Assembly (NCBI GenBank): GCA_964574545.1
Contig: CAZNOC010000003.1
Location: forward strand, 1-53,714
Source of the DNA: an uncultured Bifidobacteriaceae bacterium
GTDB lineage: Bacteria > Acidobacteriota > Vicinamibacteria > Vicinamibacterales > UBA2999
Reading direction: 5' to 3'
DNA: 53,714 nt
The position numbers and the translations under genes were made by a program. The notes under the pieces were generated by a model that was not told where the DNA came from, did not search any database, and worked only from the letters and a program-made list of their open reading frames with translations. Positions 38,994 through 48,157 of the stretch are shown piece after piece. The first letter of the stretch is position 1, and each line of letters begins with the position of its first letter.

Positions 38994-40484
38994 GTACGAC
39001 TCCCGCCTCCCTGACGCCGACAGCTTGACAAGATAGCGGAACGGGTCCTGCCAGAAGCGACGGCGGACGTCGGCCAGGCTTGCGCCGCCGCCGTAGCTCA
39101 CCGAGGAGCACAGGTGCTTCAGCATGTCCTGGATGATCGGGCGGACCGGGCCGCGTGCGGGCACGCTCACTTCGGTGCCCTCCGCGCCCAGCGCTTCGAG
39201 GTCCATCTCGACGTCGTCTTCCACATCGAGCCGGTCGCGGATGGCGGCCAGCGAGGCCATGCCGCGCAGCACCTTGAACGGCACCTTCACCGATCGTGGC
39301 TGGTCGGGCAGGAGCACCGACTTCTGGACGATATCGCCGGGCGTTTCCTCGGTGCCGGCGAACGCACTGCCCAGCATCACCGTGTCACCGCCGAACATCA
39401 GCGCTTCGAAGATCGCGCCGTGCCGCTTCACGCCTCCATCCGCAATGAGCGGGATACCACCATCGAGGCCGGCCTCGAGACGGCATTCGACGAGCGCGTG
39501 GATCTGCGGTACGCCGAAACTCGTCGTTATGCGCGTCGTACAGCCGCCCCCCGGGCCGATGCCGACCTTGACGGCATCGACGCCGCGATCGATGAGGAAC
39601 CGTACCCCGTCACCGGTCGCGACGTTGCCGCCGACCAGTTCGACGTCCCCGAAGCGCGCGCGGACAGCCTCGAGGGCCCGAGCCATCACCATCGAGTGGC
39701 CGTGCGCGATGTCAATCACCAGCACGTCCACACCGGCCTTGATGAGTTCGGCGGCGCGCTCCAGGTAGTCGCCCGTGGCGCCGATGGCGGCGCCGACGCG
39801 GAGCCGCCCCTGTCCGTCACGCGTCGCAAACGGCAAGTCCGCCTGCTTGACAAGGTCGCGCGCGGTGATCAGACCGAGGAGCACGCCTTCGCGATCGACA
39901 AGGGGCAGCTTCTTGACCTTGCGCGCCACCATCAACCGCTCGGCCTCCGCGAGCGGGATGTCGCCCACGCCCACCACGAGCGACTCCACAGGGGTCATGC
40001 GGGAAGCCACCGTCCTGCCGTCCGTCGTCACAAAACGCACGTCGCGGTCCGTGAGCAATCCCTTGAGGCGCTGTCCGCCGTCGACCACCACCAGGGTGCC
40101 TACGCGCGACCGGCGCATCAGCGCCGCGGCCTCGTCCAGCCGCGTCTCCGGGGCCACGGCGTAGGGCTGGCGAATCACGCCATGTTGCGTGCGCTTGACC
40201 TTCTCGACCTCGCGCACCTGCGGTTCGATATCACCCGATCGAAAGCCCCGGTCGATGATGCCGAGCCCACCCTGCTCGGCTTGCACGATCGCCATGGGCG
40301 CCCGCGTGACCGTGTCCATGTTCGCCGAGACGATCGGCCGCTTCAGCGTGAGGTGCTGGGAAAAGCGGCTCGTGAGGTCGATGGCCGCCGGATCACGCCG
40401 CTCAACGATGCTCTCGTGTGGCCGGAACAGGAAATCGTCGAACGTGCAGCCCTGGACGGCGTCAAGAAGTTTGGCCAATGACAT
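38985..40484 (-). CDS. guaB: IMP dehydrogenase / GMP reductase family protein with CBS domains
   Basis: TFDD, SANMDTVT, CBS pair, DIAHGHS, GNVAT, KVGIGPGGGCTTR, ADGG, RGMAS; reaction specificity uncertain. Confidence 0.85.
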   Translation of the reverse strand: MSLAKLLDAVQGCTFDDFLFRPHESIVERRDPAAIDLTSRFSQHLTLKRPIVSANMDTVTRAPMAIVQAEQGGLGIIDRGFRSGDIEPQVREVEKVKRTQHGVIRQPYAVAPETRLDEAAALMRRSRVGTLVVVDGGQRLKGLLTDRDVRFVTTDGRTVASRMTPVESLVVGVGDIPLAEAERLMVARKVKKLPLVDREGVLLGLITARDLVKQADLPFATRDGQGRLRVGAAIGATGDYLERAAELIKAGVDVLVIDIAHGHSMVMARALEAVRARFGDVELVGGNVATGDGVRFLIDRGVDAVKVGIGPGGGCTTRITTSFGVPQIHALVECRLEAGLDGGIPLIADGGVKRHGAIFEALMFGGDTVMLGSAFAGTEETPGDIVQKSVLLPDQPRSVKVPFKVLRGMASLAAIRDRLDVEDDVEMDLEALGAEGTEVSVPARGPVRPIIQDMLKHLCSSVSYGGGASLADVRRRFWQDPFRYLVKLSASGRRESYER

Positions 40485-40506
40485 CTCGCTGTGGAGCAAA
40501 CCCAAA

Positions 40507-40593
40507 CACGACCCACGACCCACCACCACCCACGACCCACGACCCACTACCCACTACCCACGACCCCTACCCACTACCCACTACCCACGACCC
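40507..40593. repeat. Heptamer repeat (ACGACCC/ACTACCC), about 12 units
   Basis: Reads GGGTCGT/GGGTAGT on the minus strand. Confidence 0.9.
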
Positions 40594-40616
40594 AGAGTAG
40601 TATCCTACTCTCCACG

Positions 40617-41354
40617 ATGCAGCCGGCTCTGCCGTTCCACGAGGATGCACCTCCGGCGCTGCCGCCCCCTGCGCTGTCTACCAGCCCGCCGCCTCTCGTG
40701 TTCGTACGGCATCGCCGCGCGCGCCGCTACATCCTTCGCGTGCTTCCCGACGGCACTTTGCGGGTGACAGTGCCTCGCTGGGGCAGCCAGCGTGATGCGC
40801 GCCGCTTCGTGGAGGAGAGCCGCGCGTGGGTGGCGCGCCAGCGCGCGATCCGCGCCGCCGAGACGTTGCGGGATCGGCGCTGGCGTGATGGATCCATCGT
40901 CCTCGTGGGCGGCGAGCCGGAGGTGCTGCGCGTGGAGCGGGGCACGGAGGGCGGAGGGCTCTGGTGTGGGGAGGCACGGGTGCCGGTCCGTGGCTCGCTG
41001 GATCCCGGTGATCTCGAGCCTCACGTGTCTCGATGGCTCCGCAACCGAGCGCGCAGAGAGCTGCCGCCCCTGCTGCAGGCGCTGGCCGACCAGCATGGGC
41101 TGACGGTGGCCCGCGTGTCGATCCGAGACCAGCGGTCGCGATGGGGGGCTTGCTCCCGGCGGGCCAACATCACGCTGAACTGGCGACTCGTGCAGGTCCC
41201 GCCGTCGGTTCGCGACTACGTCCTGCTGCACGAATTGATGCACCTGCGTGAGTTGAATCACTCCGCCCGCTTCTGGCGGCTGGTCGCCGCCGTGTGTCCC
41301 GACTACCAGCACTCTCGGCGCTGGCTCCGCGAAGAGGGTCGCGAGCTCCTCTGA
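40617..41354 (+). CDS. YgjP/DUF45-family zinc metalloprotease-like protein
   Basis: Q.SRWG.CS, LNWRL, YV..HELMH...NHS..FW. Confidence 0.9.
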   Translation: MQPALPFHEDAPPALPPPALSTSPPPLVFVRHRRARRYILRVLPDGTLRVTVPRWGSQRDARRFVEESRAWVARQRAIRAAETLRDRRWRDGSIVLVGGEPEVLRVERGTEGGGLWCGEARVPVRGSLDPGDLEPHVSRWLRNRARRELPPLLQALADQHGLTVARVSIRDQRSRWGACSRRANITLNWRLVQVPPSVRDYVLLHELMHLRELNHSARFWRLVAAVCPDYQHSRRWLREEGRELL

Positions 41355-41469
41355 CCGCCTCCGGCGTAGCGGTCGCACGCGGCACAGGCGCCTCACGCCC
41401 GGCACTCGGGCACCCTGTTGTGATAGCGTCTCGCAACTGTGGCCCCGGCTGGGGCGAAGCGAGGTCTCC

Positions 41470-42171
41470 ATGTTCATCGGCGTCGACGGGTGTCGCGGCG
41501 GGTGGGTGGTGGCGGTCGTGGATGCGCCAGGCGAGGAGACGCGCTTCGCGCTGGTCGAGTGTCTGGACGATGTCCTGCGGGTCGCGAAGGTCGGACGCGC
41601 GACCGTGGTGATCGATGTCCCGATTGGACTGCCGGAGGCTGGTCCCCGGCTCTGCGATCTCGAGGCACGCTCCCTCATTGGCAGGCGCTTTGGCGCCAGC
41701 GTCTTTCCGGCGCCCTGCCGGGCGGCGCTTGGCGGCGTCCACAACTACGATCGCGCGAGCCGGTTGAACCATCGTGCGTCCGGCCGACGGCTGTCGAAGC
41801 AGTCATTCCACCTCCTGCCGCGCATTGCCCACGTGGACGGCATGCTCGGTCCGGGGCTCCAGCGCTCGGTCCGCGAGGGCCATCCCGAGCTCATCTTCCG
41901 CATGCTGGCTGGCCGCGCACTGCTGCACGGCAAGAAGACGGTCGAGGGGCAGGTGGAACGGACGAGCTTGCTGGAGAAGGCGGGCCTGCGGCTCGATACG
42001 GGCGCGGCGCGGTTCCGGCTCGGCGTCTCGCAGGCGGGAGTGGACGACATCCTGGACGCCGCGGCCTGCGCGCTGGCCGCGTGGCGTGTGGCGGAGGGCC
42101 GGGCGCTGGCGTTGCCCACGGCCACCGAACAGCGCGACGCCCGTGGCCTCAGGATGGAGATCGTGGCATGA
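41470..42171 (+). CDS. DUF429 domain protein (predicted RNase H-like nuclease)
   Basis: GVDGCRGGW, IDVPIGLP, SVF..P, E.HPE, DD.LDA. Confidence 0.85.
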   Translation: MFIGVDGCRGGWVVAVVDAPGEETRFALVECLDDVLRVAKVGRATVVIDVPIGLPEAGPRLCDLEARSLIGRRFGASVFPAPCRAALGGVHNYDRASRLNHRASGRRLSKQSFHLLPRIAHVDGMLGPGLQRSVREGHPELIFRMLAGRALLHGKKTVEGQVERTSLLEKAGLRLDTGAARFRLGVSQAGVDDILDAAACALAAWRVAEGRALALPTATEQRDARGLRMEIVA

Positions 42172-42177
42172 GGGCGA

Positions 42178-42275
42178 TCAGTGGCCGGTTGTCAGCGACC
42201 AGTGCAAAGCGAGAACGGGCAGACCGGCGATTCCAGCCACATGCCCTCTTTGCACTGACAACTGGCAACTGACAG
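42178..42275. repeat. Inverted heptamer-based repeat (ACTGACA family)
   Basis: tcagtggccggttgtcag ... ctgacaactggcaactga. Confidence 0.65.
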
Positions 42276-42331
42276 CTCCTGTATGACGCCCGTCATATGA
42301 GGCTCCGGCGGCGGGTGCTACAGTACTGGCA

Positions 42332-43819
42332 ATGATCCCCGACTCCCGCCGTCCTCTCAGCAGGCTTGCCCTTGGTGCGCTGCTGCTCGGCGTCGGCGTC
42401 GCGCCGGCCATCGCGCAGCCCCCGTCCCTCCTGTCTCCCGGATGGGATGAGGGCATCCGGCTCGTCGAGGCTGCCGATCGCAACCCGGACCCGCGCGTGG
42501 TCGAGGTCGAGATCGTCGCGAAGCTCGCCGAGGTCGAGGTGGCACCCGGCAAGCGTGTCACGGCGTGGACCTACAATGGCGGGTTGCCCGGCCCCCTGAT
42601 CCGTGCGCGTGTCGGCGACCGCGTGATCGTGCACTTCTCCAACGAACTCGACGAACCCACCACCATTCACTGGCACGGCATCCGTTTGCCCATCGAGATG
42701 GACGGCGTCCCCGGCATTTCGCAGCCGCCGGTCAAGCGGGGCGAATCGTTCGTCTACGACTTCGTCGTGCCCGATTCGGGTCTGTACTGGTACCACCCGC
42801 ACGTGATGTCGGCCGCCCAGGTAGGCTACGGGCTCTACGGCCCGCTGCTCGTCGAGGACCCTGCCGAGGACGCGAGCGTGGGTGTCGCCGACATGCTCAC
42901 GATCGTCCTGAGCGACATCGGGTTCGATGCGCGCGGCGTCCTCGAGCCCGCGGATTCGGGAGGATCGGCGGGGATGGTGTTCGGCCGCGAGGGCAACCAC
43001 GTGCTCGTCAACGGCCGTGTGCATCCGACGCTCCGCGCCCGCGCCGGTGTCCCGCAGCGCTGGCGGATCGTCAATACGGCGAAGAGCCGGTTCTTCTTCC
43101 TCGACCTCGAAGGGCAGCCCTTCATCAAGATCGGCGGGGACGCCGGCCTCCAGGAGTACACGGAGACGAAGGACGTCGTGCTCGTGACGGCAGGGGAGCG
43201 CGTGGACCTGATCGTGATGCCGACGGGCGAGCCGGGCGGCGACGTCACGCTGCGGTCCCTGCTCTACAACCGCGGCTATGGCAGCATCGAGTATCGGAGC
43301 GTCGAGGACCTGCTGACCATCCAGTTCACCGACGAGGCGCCGCTTCCGGCCCCGACGCTGCCGGAGATCCGCCGCACGATCGTGCCCCCAACCGCGGAGG
43401 GCGCCACACCGGTGACGATGCAGTTCACGTTGCCGCCGGTGGACGGCAAGGGCGAATCCGAGTTCCGAATCAACGGCGTGCCGTTCTGGAAGGCGGAGCC
43501 GTTCCGGGCGCGGATCGGCGAGACGCAGTTCTGGACGCTCGACAACCAGACACCGTGGGACCACCCGTTCCACCTGCACGGTTACTTCTTCATGCCGGTG
43601 GACGAGCAGGGCGCTCCCATCAGACCGATGGAGTGGAAGGACACGCTCAACGTGCCGATGAACGAGAAGGTACGCCTGCTGGTGCACTTCGACGAGCGTC
43701 CCGGCGAGTGGATGATCCACTGCCACATCCTGGACCACGCCGACGGCGGGCTCATGGGCACGGTGCTGGTTGGCGACGTCAAGCCGTCGACTCACCACAC
43801 CCACGTGCCGCCTCGGTAG
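42332..43819 (+). CDS. Three-domain multicopper oxidase (laccase-like)
   Basis: HWHG, WYHPH, HPFHLHG, HCHILDH copper motifs; signal peptide. Confidence 0.95.
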   Translation: MIPDSRRPLSRLALGALLLGVGVAPAIAQPPSLLSPGWDEGIRLVEAADRNPDPRVVEVEIVAKLAEVEVAPGKRVTAWTYNGGLPGPLIRARVGDRVIVHFSNELDEPTTIHWHGIRLPIEMDGVPGISQPPVKRGESFVYDFVVPDSGLYWYHPHVMSAAQVGYGLYGPLLVEDPAEDASVGVADMLTIVLSDIGFDARGVLEPADSGGSAGMVFGREGNHVLVNGRVHPTLRARAGVPQRWRIVNTAKSRFFFLDLEGQPFIKIGGDAGLQEYTETKDVVLVTAGERVDLIVMPTGEPGGDVTLRSLLYNRGYGSIEYRSVEDLLTIQFTDEAPLPAPTLPEIRRTIVPPTAEGATPVTMQFTLPPVDGKGESEFRINGVPFWKAEPFRARIGETQFWTLDNQTPWDHPFHLHGYFFMPVDEQGAPIRPMEWKDTLNVPMNEKVRLLVHFDERPGEWMIHCHILDHADGGLMGTVLVGDVKPSTHHTHVPPR

Positions 43820-43829
43820 TCACGGACAA

Positions 43830-43910
43830 ACACGAAGCCCACGAAGGACACGAAGCGACACACGAAACGTACTGAGAGGAAGCCGAAAGCTGAAAGCCGA
43901 GAGCCGAGCG
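43830..43910. repeat. 9-mer (CACGAAGNN) and 7-mer (GCYGARA) tandem repeats
   Basis: cacgaagcc cacgaagga cacgaagcg; gccgaaa gctgaaa gccgaga. Confidence 0.65.
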
Positions 43911-43944
43911 CCGTCACGGCCGCGCGCATGCGCGGCCTTCAGTA

Positions 43945-44031
43945 TGGTGCCGGCGGAGGGGGTCGAACCCACACGCCCTTGCGGGCACAGGATTTTGAGT
44001 CCCGCGCGTCTGCCAATTCCGCCACGCCGGC
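43945..44031 (-). tRNA. tRNA-Leu(CAA)
   Basis: GCCGGCG acceptor stem, D-loop GGAATTGGCAGAC, anticodon loop CT-CAA-AA, long variable arm, GGTTCGA, encoded CCA. Confidence 0.97.
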
Positions 44032-44239
44032 CCGGGGGTCGCGAGGCCCGATCGACCCCGCAGGATGACTCGTCCGCGGGCGACGCGGACGAACTCTCCT
44101 ACAGTACACCGAACCGCCACGACGCGCGCATCGCGAGTTGTCTGCTGCCTCGGATGTACGTCGGCGTGGCCTCACCGTGAGAGACGCCCGGCCGGCTCGG
44201 AGCTCCACGGCGACAGGTGCGGGCGGTAGTCGGCACCAG

Positions 44240-44578
44240 CTAGAACAACCGTACACCGAGCGGGACCTCGCGGTCAGGCTGCACGAGCGCCACGGCGCCG
44301 TCGGCGGCGGGAACACCCAGCACGAGCACCTCGGACCGAAACGGACCGATCTGCCGCGGCGGGAAGTTGACCACCGCAAGCACCTGCCGTCCGACGAGGT
44401 CCTCCGGGGTATAGAGCGCTGTCAACTGCGCGGACGAACGCTTCGTGCCGAGGTCGGCCCCGAAGTCGATCGTCAGCCGATAGGCCGGCTTCCGGGCTTC
44501 CGGAAACGGCTCGGCGGTGACGATGCGCCCAAGACGGATGTCGAGGCGCTCGAAGTCCTGGAACGTGATTGGCGACAT
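44240..44578 (-). CDS. csaA: tRNA-binding protein / chaperone CsaA
   Basis: DIRLG.I...FPEARKPAY.L.IDFG...SSAQ.T..Y...VVNFPPRQIG...SEVLVLG. Confidence 0.93.
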   Translation of the reverse strand: MSPITFQDFERLDIRLGRIVTAEPFPEARKPAYRLTIDFGADLGTKRSSAQLTALYTPEDLVGRQVLAVVNFPPRQIGPFRSEVLVLGVPAADGAVALVQPDREVPLGVRLF

Positions 44579-44581
44579 CGG

Positions 44582-45583
44582 TCATCCCTGGGTGGTGAAC
44601 GTCGAGTCCTCGACGACGACCCGCATGGCTCCGACGCGGTCACCGCGCGTGTTGACGACTGAGGGCTCGGCGTGCCTGGCAAGCGCGGCCATCTCGTCGT
44701 CGCCGATGGCGTCGACGGTCTTGAGTAGCGCAAGTAGCGCGGGCTCGACAGCGCGCACCGCACCGTCCTCGACCTTGACGGCCACGCCGAGCCCGCGCGC
44801 GGGTACACCCGCGCAGTAGTAGCCCTCGGCGCCAACCTTGGCCCAGAGACGCCCCCTCGCGGCTCGCATCAGGTCGGTACAGAGGCGGTCGGTGCCCGCG
44901 ACGAGTTCGGGGTGCGCGGTCATCGCGCCCAGTACGAGTGCAGGTGCCTCGTCACCGCGGTCCGCGGCCACCGAGAGGCGGGCACACGCCCGCGCCATCG
45001 CCTGCAGAGGCAGCGTGAAGGTTGGCAGGCCGCAGCCATCGACCGCGCAGCCGATCGCATCGTGTGGGACGCCGGTCCATTCGGCGAGCGTGGCCAGCAT
45101 GCGCGTCTGCACGGGATGCGCGAGGAGGTGGTAGCCGTCACGAGGCCAGCCGTGGAGGGCGGCCAAGGCCAACATGCCCGCATGTTTTCCCGAGCAGTTG
45201 TTGTGGATACGGCCGGGCGCGACGCCGTCCGCAGCGAGTGCGGCAGCTGACGCCGGGTGCATCGGAGCGTGAGGACCGCAGGCCAGGGCGTCTTGGGAGA
45301 TGCCCGCCTTGGCCAGCAGCCGTCGCACCGTGTCGATATGAAACGGCTCCCCGCCGTGGGAGGCGGTCGTGACGGCCACCTCCTCGCCCGCCAGGCCGAA
45401 GCGCTCCACGCCCCCGTCTTCGACGAGCGGAAGCGCCTGGAACATCTTGATGGACGAGCGCACAAAGGTCACGAGCCCGGGCTCACCGGCCGTGCAGACC
45501 AGCCGCCCGCTCGCATCGCACACCACCGCGTGGACGCGGTGTCGAGATTCCACAAGGCCGCCCCGCAGGACCGTCACGATCAT
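44582..45583 (-). CDS. L-asparaginase II (Rhizobium AnsA type)
   Basis: RGG.VES.H, RSSIK, ASH.GE, NNCSGKH, DGCG.P, KVGAEG, KVEDG; alternative start 45613. Confidence 0.9.
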   Translation of the reverse strand: MIVTVLRGGLVESRHRVHAVVCDASGRLVCTAGEPGLVTFVRSSIKMFQALPLVEDGGVERFGLAGEEVAVTTASHGGEPFHIDTVRRLLAKAGISQDALACGPHAPMHPASAAALAADGVAPGRIHNNCSGKHAGMLALAALHGWPRDGYHLLAHPVQTRMLATLAEWTGVPHDAIGCAVDGCGLPTFTLPLQAMARACARLSVAADRGDEAPALVLGAMTAHPELVAGTDRLCTDLMRAARGRLWAKVGAEGYYCAGVPARGLGVAVKVEDGAVRAVEPALLALLKTVDAIGDDEMAALARHAEPSVVNTRGDRVGAMRVVVEDSTFTTQG

Positions 45584-45641
45584 GGGGCCGCACGGTATCA
45601 GTTCCCGGTGCACAGATCAAAACCGGCAAGTCCGTCCTTTG

Positions 45642-45666
45642 AACTGACAACTGACAACTGAAAACT
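45642..45666. repeat. Heptamer repeat (AACTGAC) x3
   Basis: aactgac aactgac aactgaa aact. Confidence 0.7.
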
Positions 45667-48052
45667 ACTTCGTCCCGACCCACACCAGCCCGACCTGCTG
45701 AACCGAAATACCGCCACGCGCGGGCTTCACCTGCACCGACTCCAGTGGCTCGGTGAGGGCGTCGAACTCGTCGTGAGCGGCATGCAGTTCGGTGTTCATC
45801 GTTTCGTCGAGCGCCGTGCGTTGCTCAACGAGCGCATCGCGGGTCGCCGTCGCGCGTGCGACGTCCTTCGCCTGACGGCCGATACGGCCCACCCCGCGGG
45901 CGGCGGTCGTCGCCTTGCCAATCGACGAAGCGCTGATCGCTTTGCGGCCGAAGACGGCGCCAAGGACGGCCGCCCCAAACGAGACAGCGGTCTGCACTTT
46001 CTGCTCGGTGGCCTGGCCCTGCTCTCGTTCGATGGCCGCCTCCGCACGCCGGATGCGCTCGTCGAGCGTCTGCAGCTTGGACGCATGCTTGCGTGTGATG
46101 CGCTGTTTGGCTTCGTCACGCCGCGCTCGGAGGACCGTCTGCAGACGGATGCGGAAGTCACGTTCGGATTCGCCAGGGTCCGAAGCCATCTTCACCCGCG
46201 GCGCCGTCAGAATCTCCACGGTCTCGGCCTGCGACAGCCAGCTGCTGAAGGCCTTCGTCCAGGCGGTGTAGCTGGCGGCCCGGGTCGCGGCGGCGGGCAC
46301 CGACGCGAAGGAGGCGCCTGCGGGTGCCGTCGAGGAGAGGTCGGCCAGCCGGAAGGTGGCGCGCTCGGCATGTTCCCACTCGACAGGAAGCCCGCCGTCT
46401 TCGATCGGCGCGACGAACACCACATCCCGAGTGACGTCCACCCCCAGCTTGCGGTCGGTGAATCTGAGGCGGGCGGCGCCGAGCAGGCGCGGCAGTCGCG
46501 TAGCCCCGTCCCCGGGTACGAAGTACTGGGGGATGGACGGCGGGAGCAGCGGGGCACGGGTCGGTTGGTCCTCGACCCCGTGCTCGCCGCCCACCTGTGG
46601 CGTCGGCGAGACGCGAGCGGCGGGTGCGGAGGGCGTCGGTTGGCGTGCGTCGGCCATCAGCTGACGGATCTCGTCGCGCCCAAGAGGACCGCGCAGGTAG
46701 GAGAGCGCCCACCGCGTCTGGAAGATCTCGGGAGCCTTCGCATGCACGTTGTGCAGCAGGAACACGCGCTTGTCCAGACCGGACAGCAGACGGTCGAGGC
46801 TCGCACGGTCCAGGCCGGTGCCCTCGCTCGCCGCCACGCCTTCCAAGCCGTCAAGGACCCGCGCTTTGTCGCGCTCGGTCTGGAGGCGGCCCAGAAACCA
46901 GGTGCCGGCGTTCGACAGCGCCTTGTAGTCGAGGTCCACCGGGTTCTGTGTCGACAACATCAGACCGAGCCCGTACGCGCGCGCCTGCTTGAGCAGTGTC
47001 AGCAGCGGGGTCTTGGATGGCGGGTTGGCCGTTGGCGGAAGGAATCCGAACAGTTCGTCCATATAGAGCAGCGCGCGCAGCGTCGTCGTGCCCCGCTGCG
47101 CCCGCATCCAGGCGATGACCTGGCCGAGCAGCAGGCTCACGAAGAACATGCGCTCCGCTTCGCCCAGATGGGCGATTGAGATGATCGCCACACGCGGCCG
47201 GCCGTCGGCGGTGTAAAGCAGGGAGTCGATATCGAGGGGCGCGCCCTCCAGCCACGCGTCGAAGCCAGGTGCCGCGAGCAGGTGGTTGAGCTTCATGGCG
47301 AGCTGAAACCGCTCCGCGGCGGGGAAGAAGCTCTCGAGATCGAGGACGCCGACCTTCGTGACCCCCGGATTCTGAACCGCCCCGATGAGCGCGGGCAGGT
47401 CCAGGTCACGCCCGGACCGCCAAGCGTCGTGGAGGACGGTCGAGACAAGGATGTGCTCCCGGCTCCGCGCCGGGTCGGCGGCCACACCGGCCAGCGTCAG
47501 CAGGCTTGTCACCGACGTCTGCACTCGCTCGGCAAGCAGCTCGGGCTCGTCGCGGATGGCGACCGGCGGCGCACGGAACGAGTCAAGAATCGAGAGCGGC
47601 AACCCCGCGCGGCTGCCAGGCGTGTAGATCGACACGTCGGCGGCCTCGCGCAGCCGGCGGATGCGGTCGCCGTCCTGCCCCCAGTCGGCGAGGCCGGCGG
47701 CCCAACGCTCCGCCTCCCGCGCCGCAAACGCCTCGACCGACCCTCCGCCGGCACGCGCCTCGTCCGGGTTGACCCACGGGGCGAACTCGGCGGCGTTCAG
47801 CCCGGGAAACGTGAGCATCAGGTTGCCAAGATCGCCCTTGGGATCGATCGCGAGGACGGGCAGCCCGTCGATCGCCGCTTCTTCGATCAGCGCGATCCCG
47901 AGCCCGGTCTTGCCGCTGCCGGTCATCCCGATACAGACGGCATGCGTGACGAGGTCGGCGGCGTCGTAGAGGACGGGCTCGGCCAACCGTCGCCGCTCCG
48001 CGGCGTCCCAGCGCCGGCCGAGATAGAACAAGCCGAGGTGTTCGAAGTCCAT
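45665..48052 (-). CDS. HerA/DUF87-like P-loop ATPase with C-terminal coiled coil
   Basis: THAVCIGMTGSGKT, IDPKGD, LYMDE, KQARAYG, TQNP.DLDYK. Confidence 0.85.
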   Translation of the reverse strand: MDFEHLGLFYLGRRWDAAERRRLAEPVLYDAADLVTHAVCIGMTGSGKTGLGIALIEEAAIDGLPVLAIDPKGDLGNLMLTFPGLNAAEFAPWVNPDEARAGGGSVEAFAAREAERWAAGLADWGQDGDRIRRLREAADVSIYTPGSRAGLPLSILDSFRAPPVAIRDEPELLAERVQTSVTSLLTLAGVAADPARSREHILVSTVLHDAWRSGRDLDLPALIGAVQNPGVTKVGVLDLESFFPAAERFQLAMKLNHLLAAPGFDAWLEGAPLDIDSLLYTADGRPRVAIISIAHLGEAERMFFVSLLLGQVIAWMRAQRGTTTLRALLYMDELFGFLPPTANPPSKTPLLTLLKQARAYGLGLMLSTQNPVDLDYKALSNAGTWFLGRLQTERDKARVLDGLEGVAASEGTGLDRASLDRLLSGLDKRVFLLHNVHAKAPEIFQTRWALSYLRGPLGRDEIRQLMADARQPTPSAPAARVSPTPQVGGEHGVEDQPTRAPLLPPSIPQYFVPGDGATRLPRLLGAARLRFTDRKLGVDVTRDVVFVAPIEDGGLPVEWEHAERATFRLADLSSTAPAGASFASVPAAATRAASYTAWTKAFSSWLSQAETVEILTAPRVKMASDPGESERDFRIRLQTVLRARRDEAKQRITRKHASKLQTLDERIRRAEAAIEREQGQATEQKVQTAVSFGAAVLGAVFGRKAISASSIGKATTAARGVGRIGRQAKDVARATATRDALVEQRTALDETMNTELHAAHDEFDALTEPLESVQVKPARGGISVQQVGLVWVGTK

Positions 48053-48095
48053 AGCAGGCGTCCCGGGTGCGAACGGAAAAGATGGGCCAGCGGAA

Positions 48096-48152
48096 GTTGT
48101 CAGTGCGCAGTTCTCAGTTCAAGGTGACCCCGGCGAATAGCGAATAGCGAAT
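48096..48152. repeat. Short heptamer repeats (TTNTCAG; GCGAATA x3)
   Basis: ttgtcag tgcgcag ttctcag; gcgaata gcgaata gcgaat. Confidence 0.55.
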
Positions 48153-48157
48153 CCCCG

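Noticed and set aside
43820-44031. tRNA-Leu 3' end as an integration site for an island
   Set aside because: No integrase and no duplicated tRNA 3' end noticed in the window
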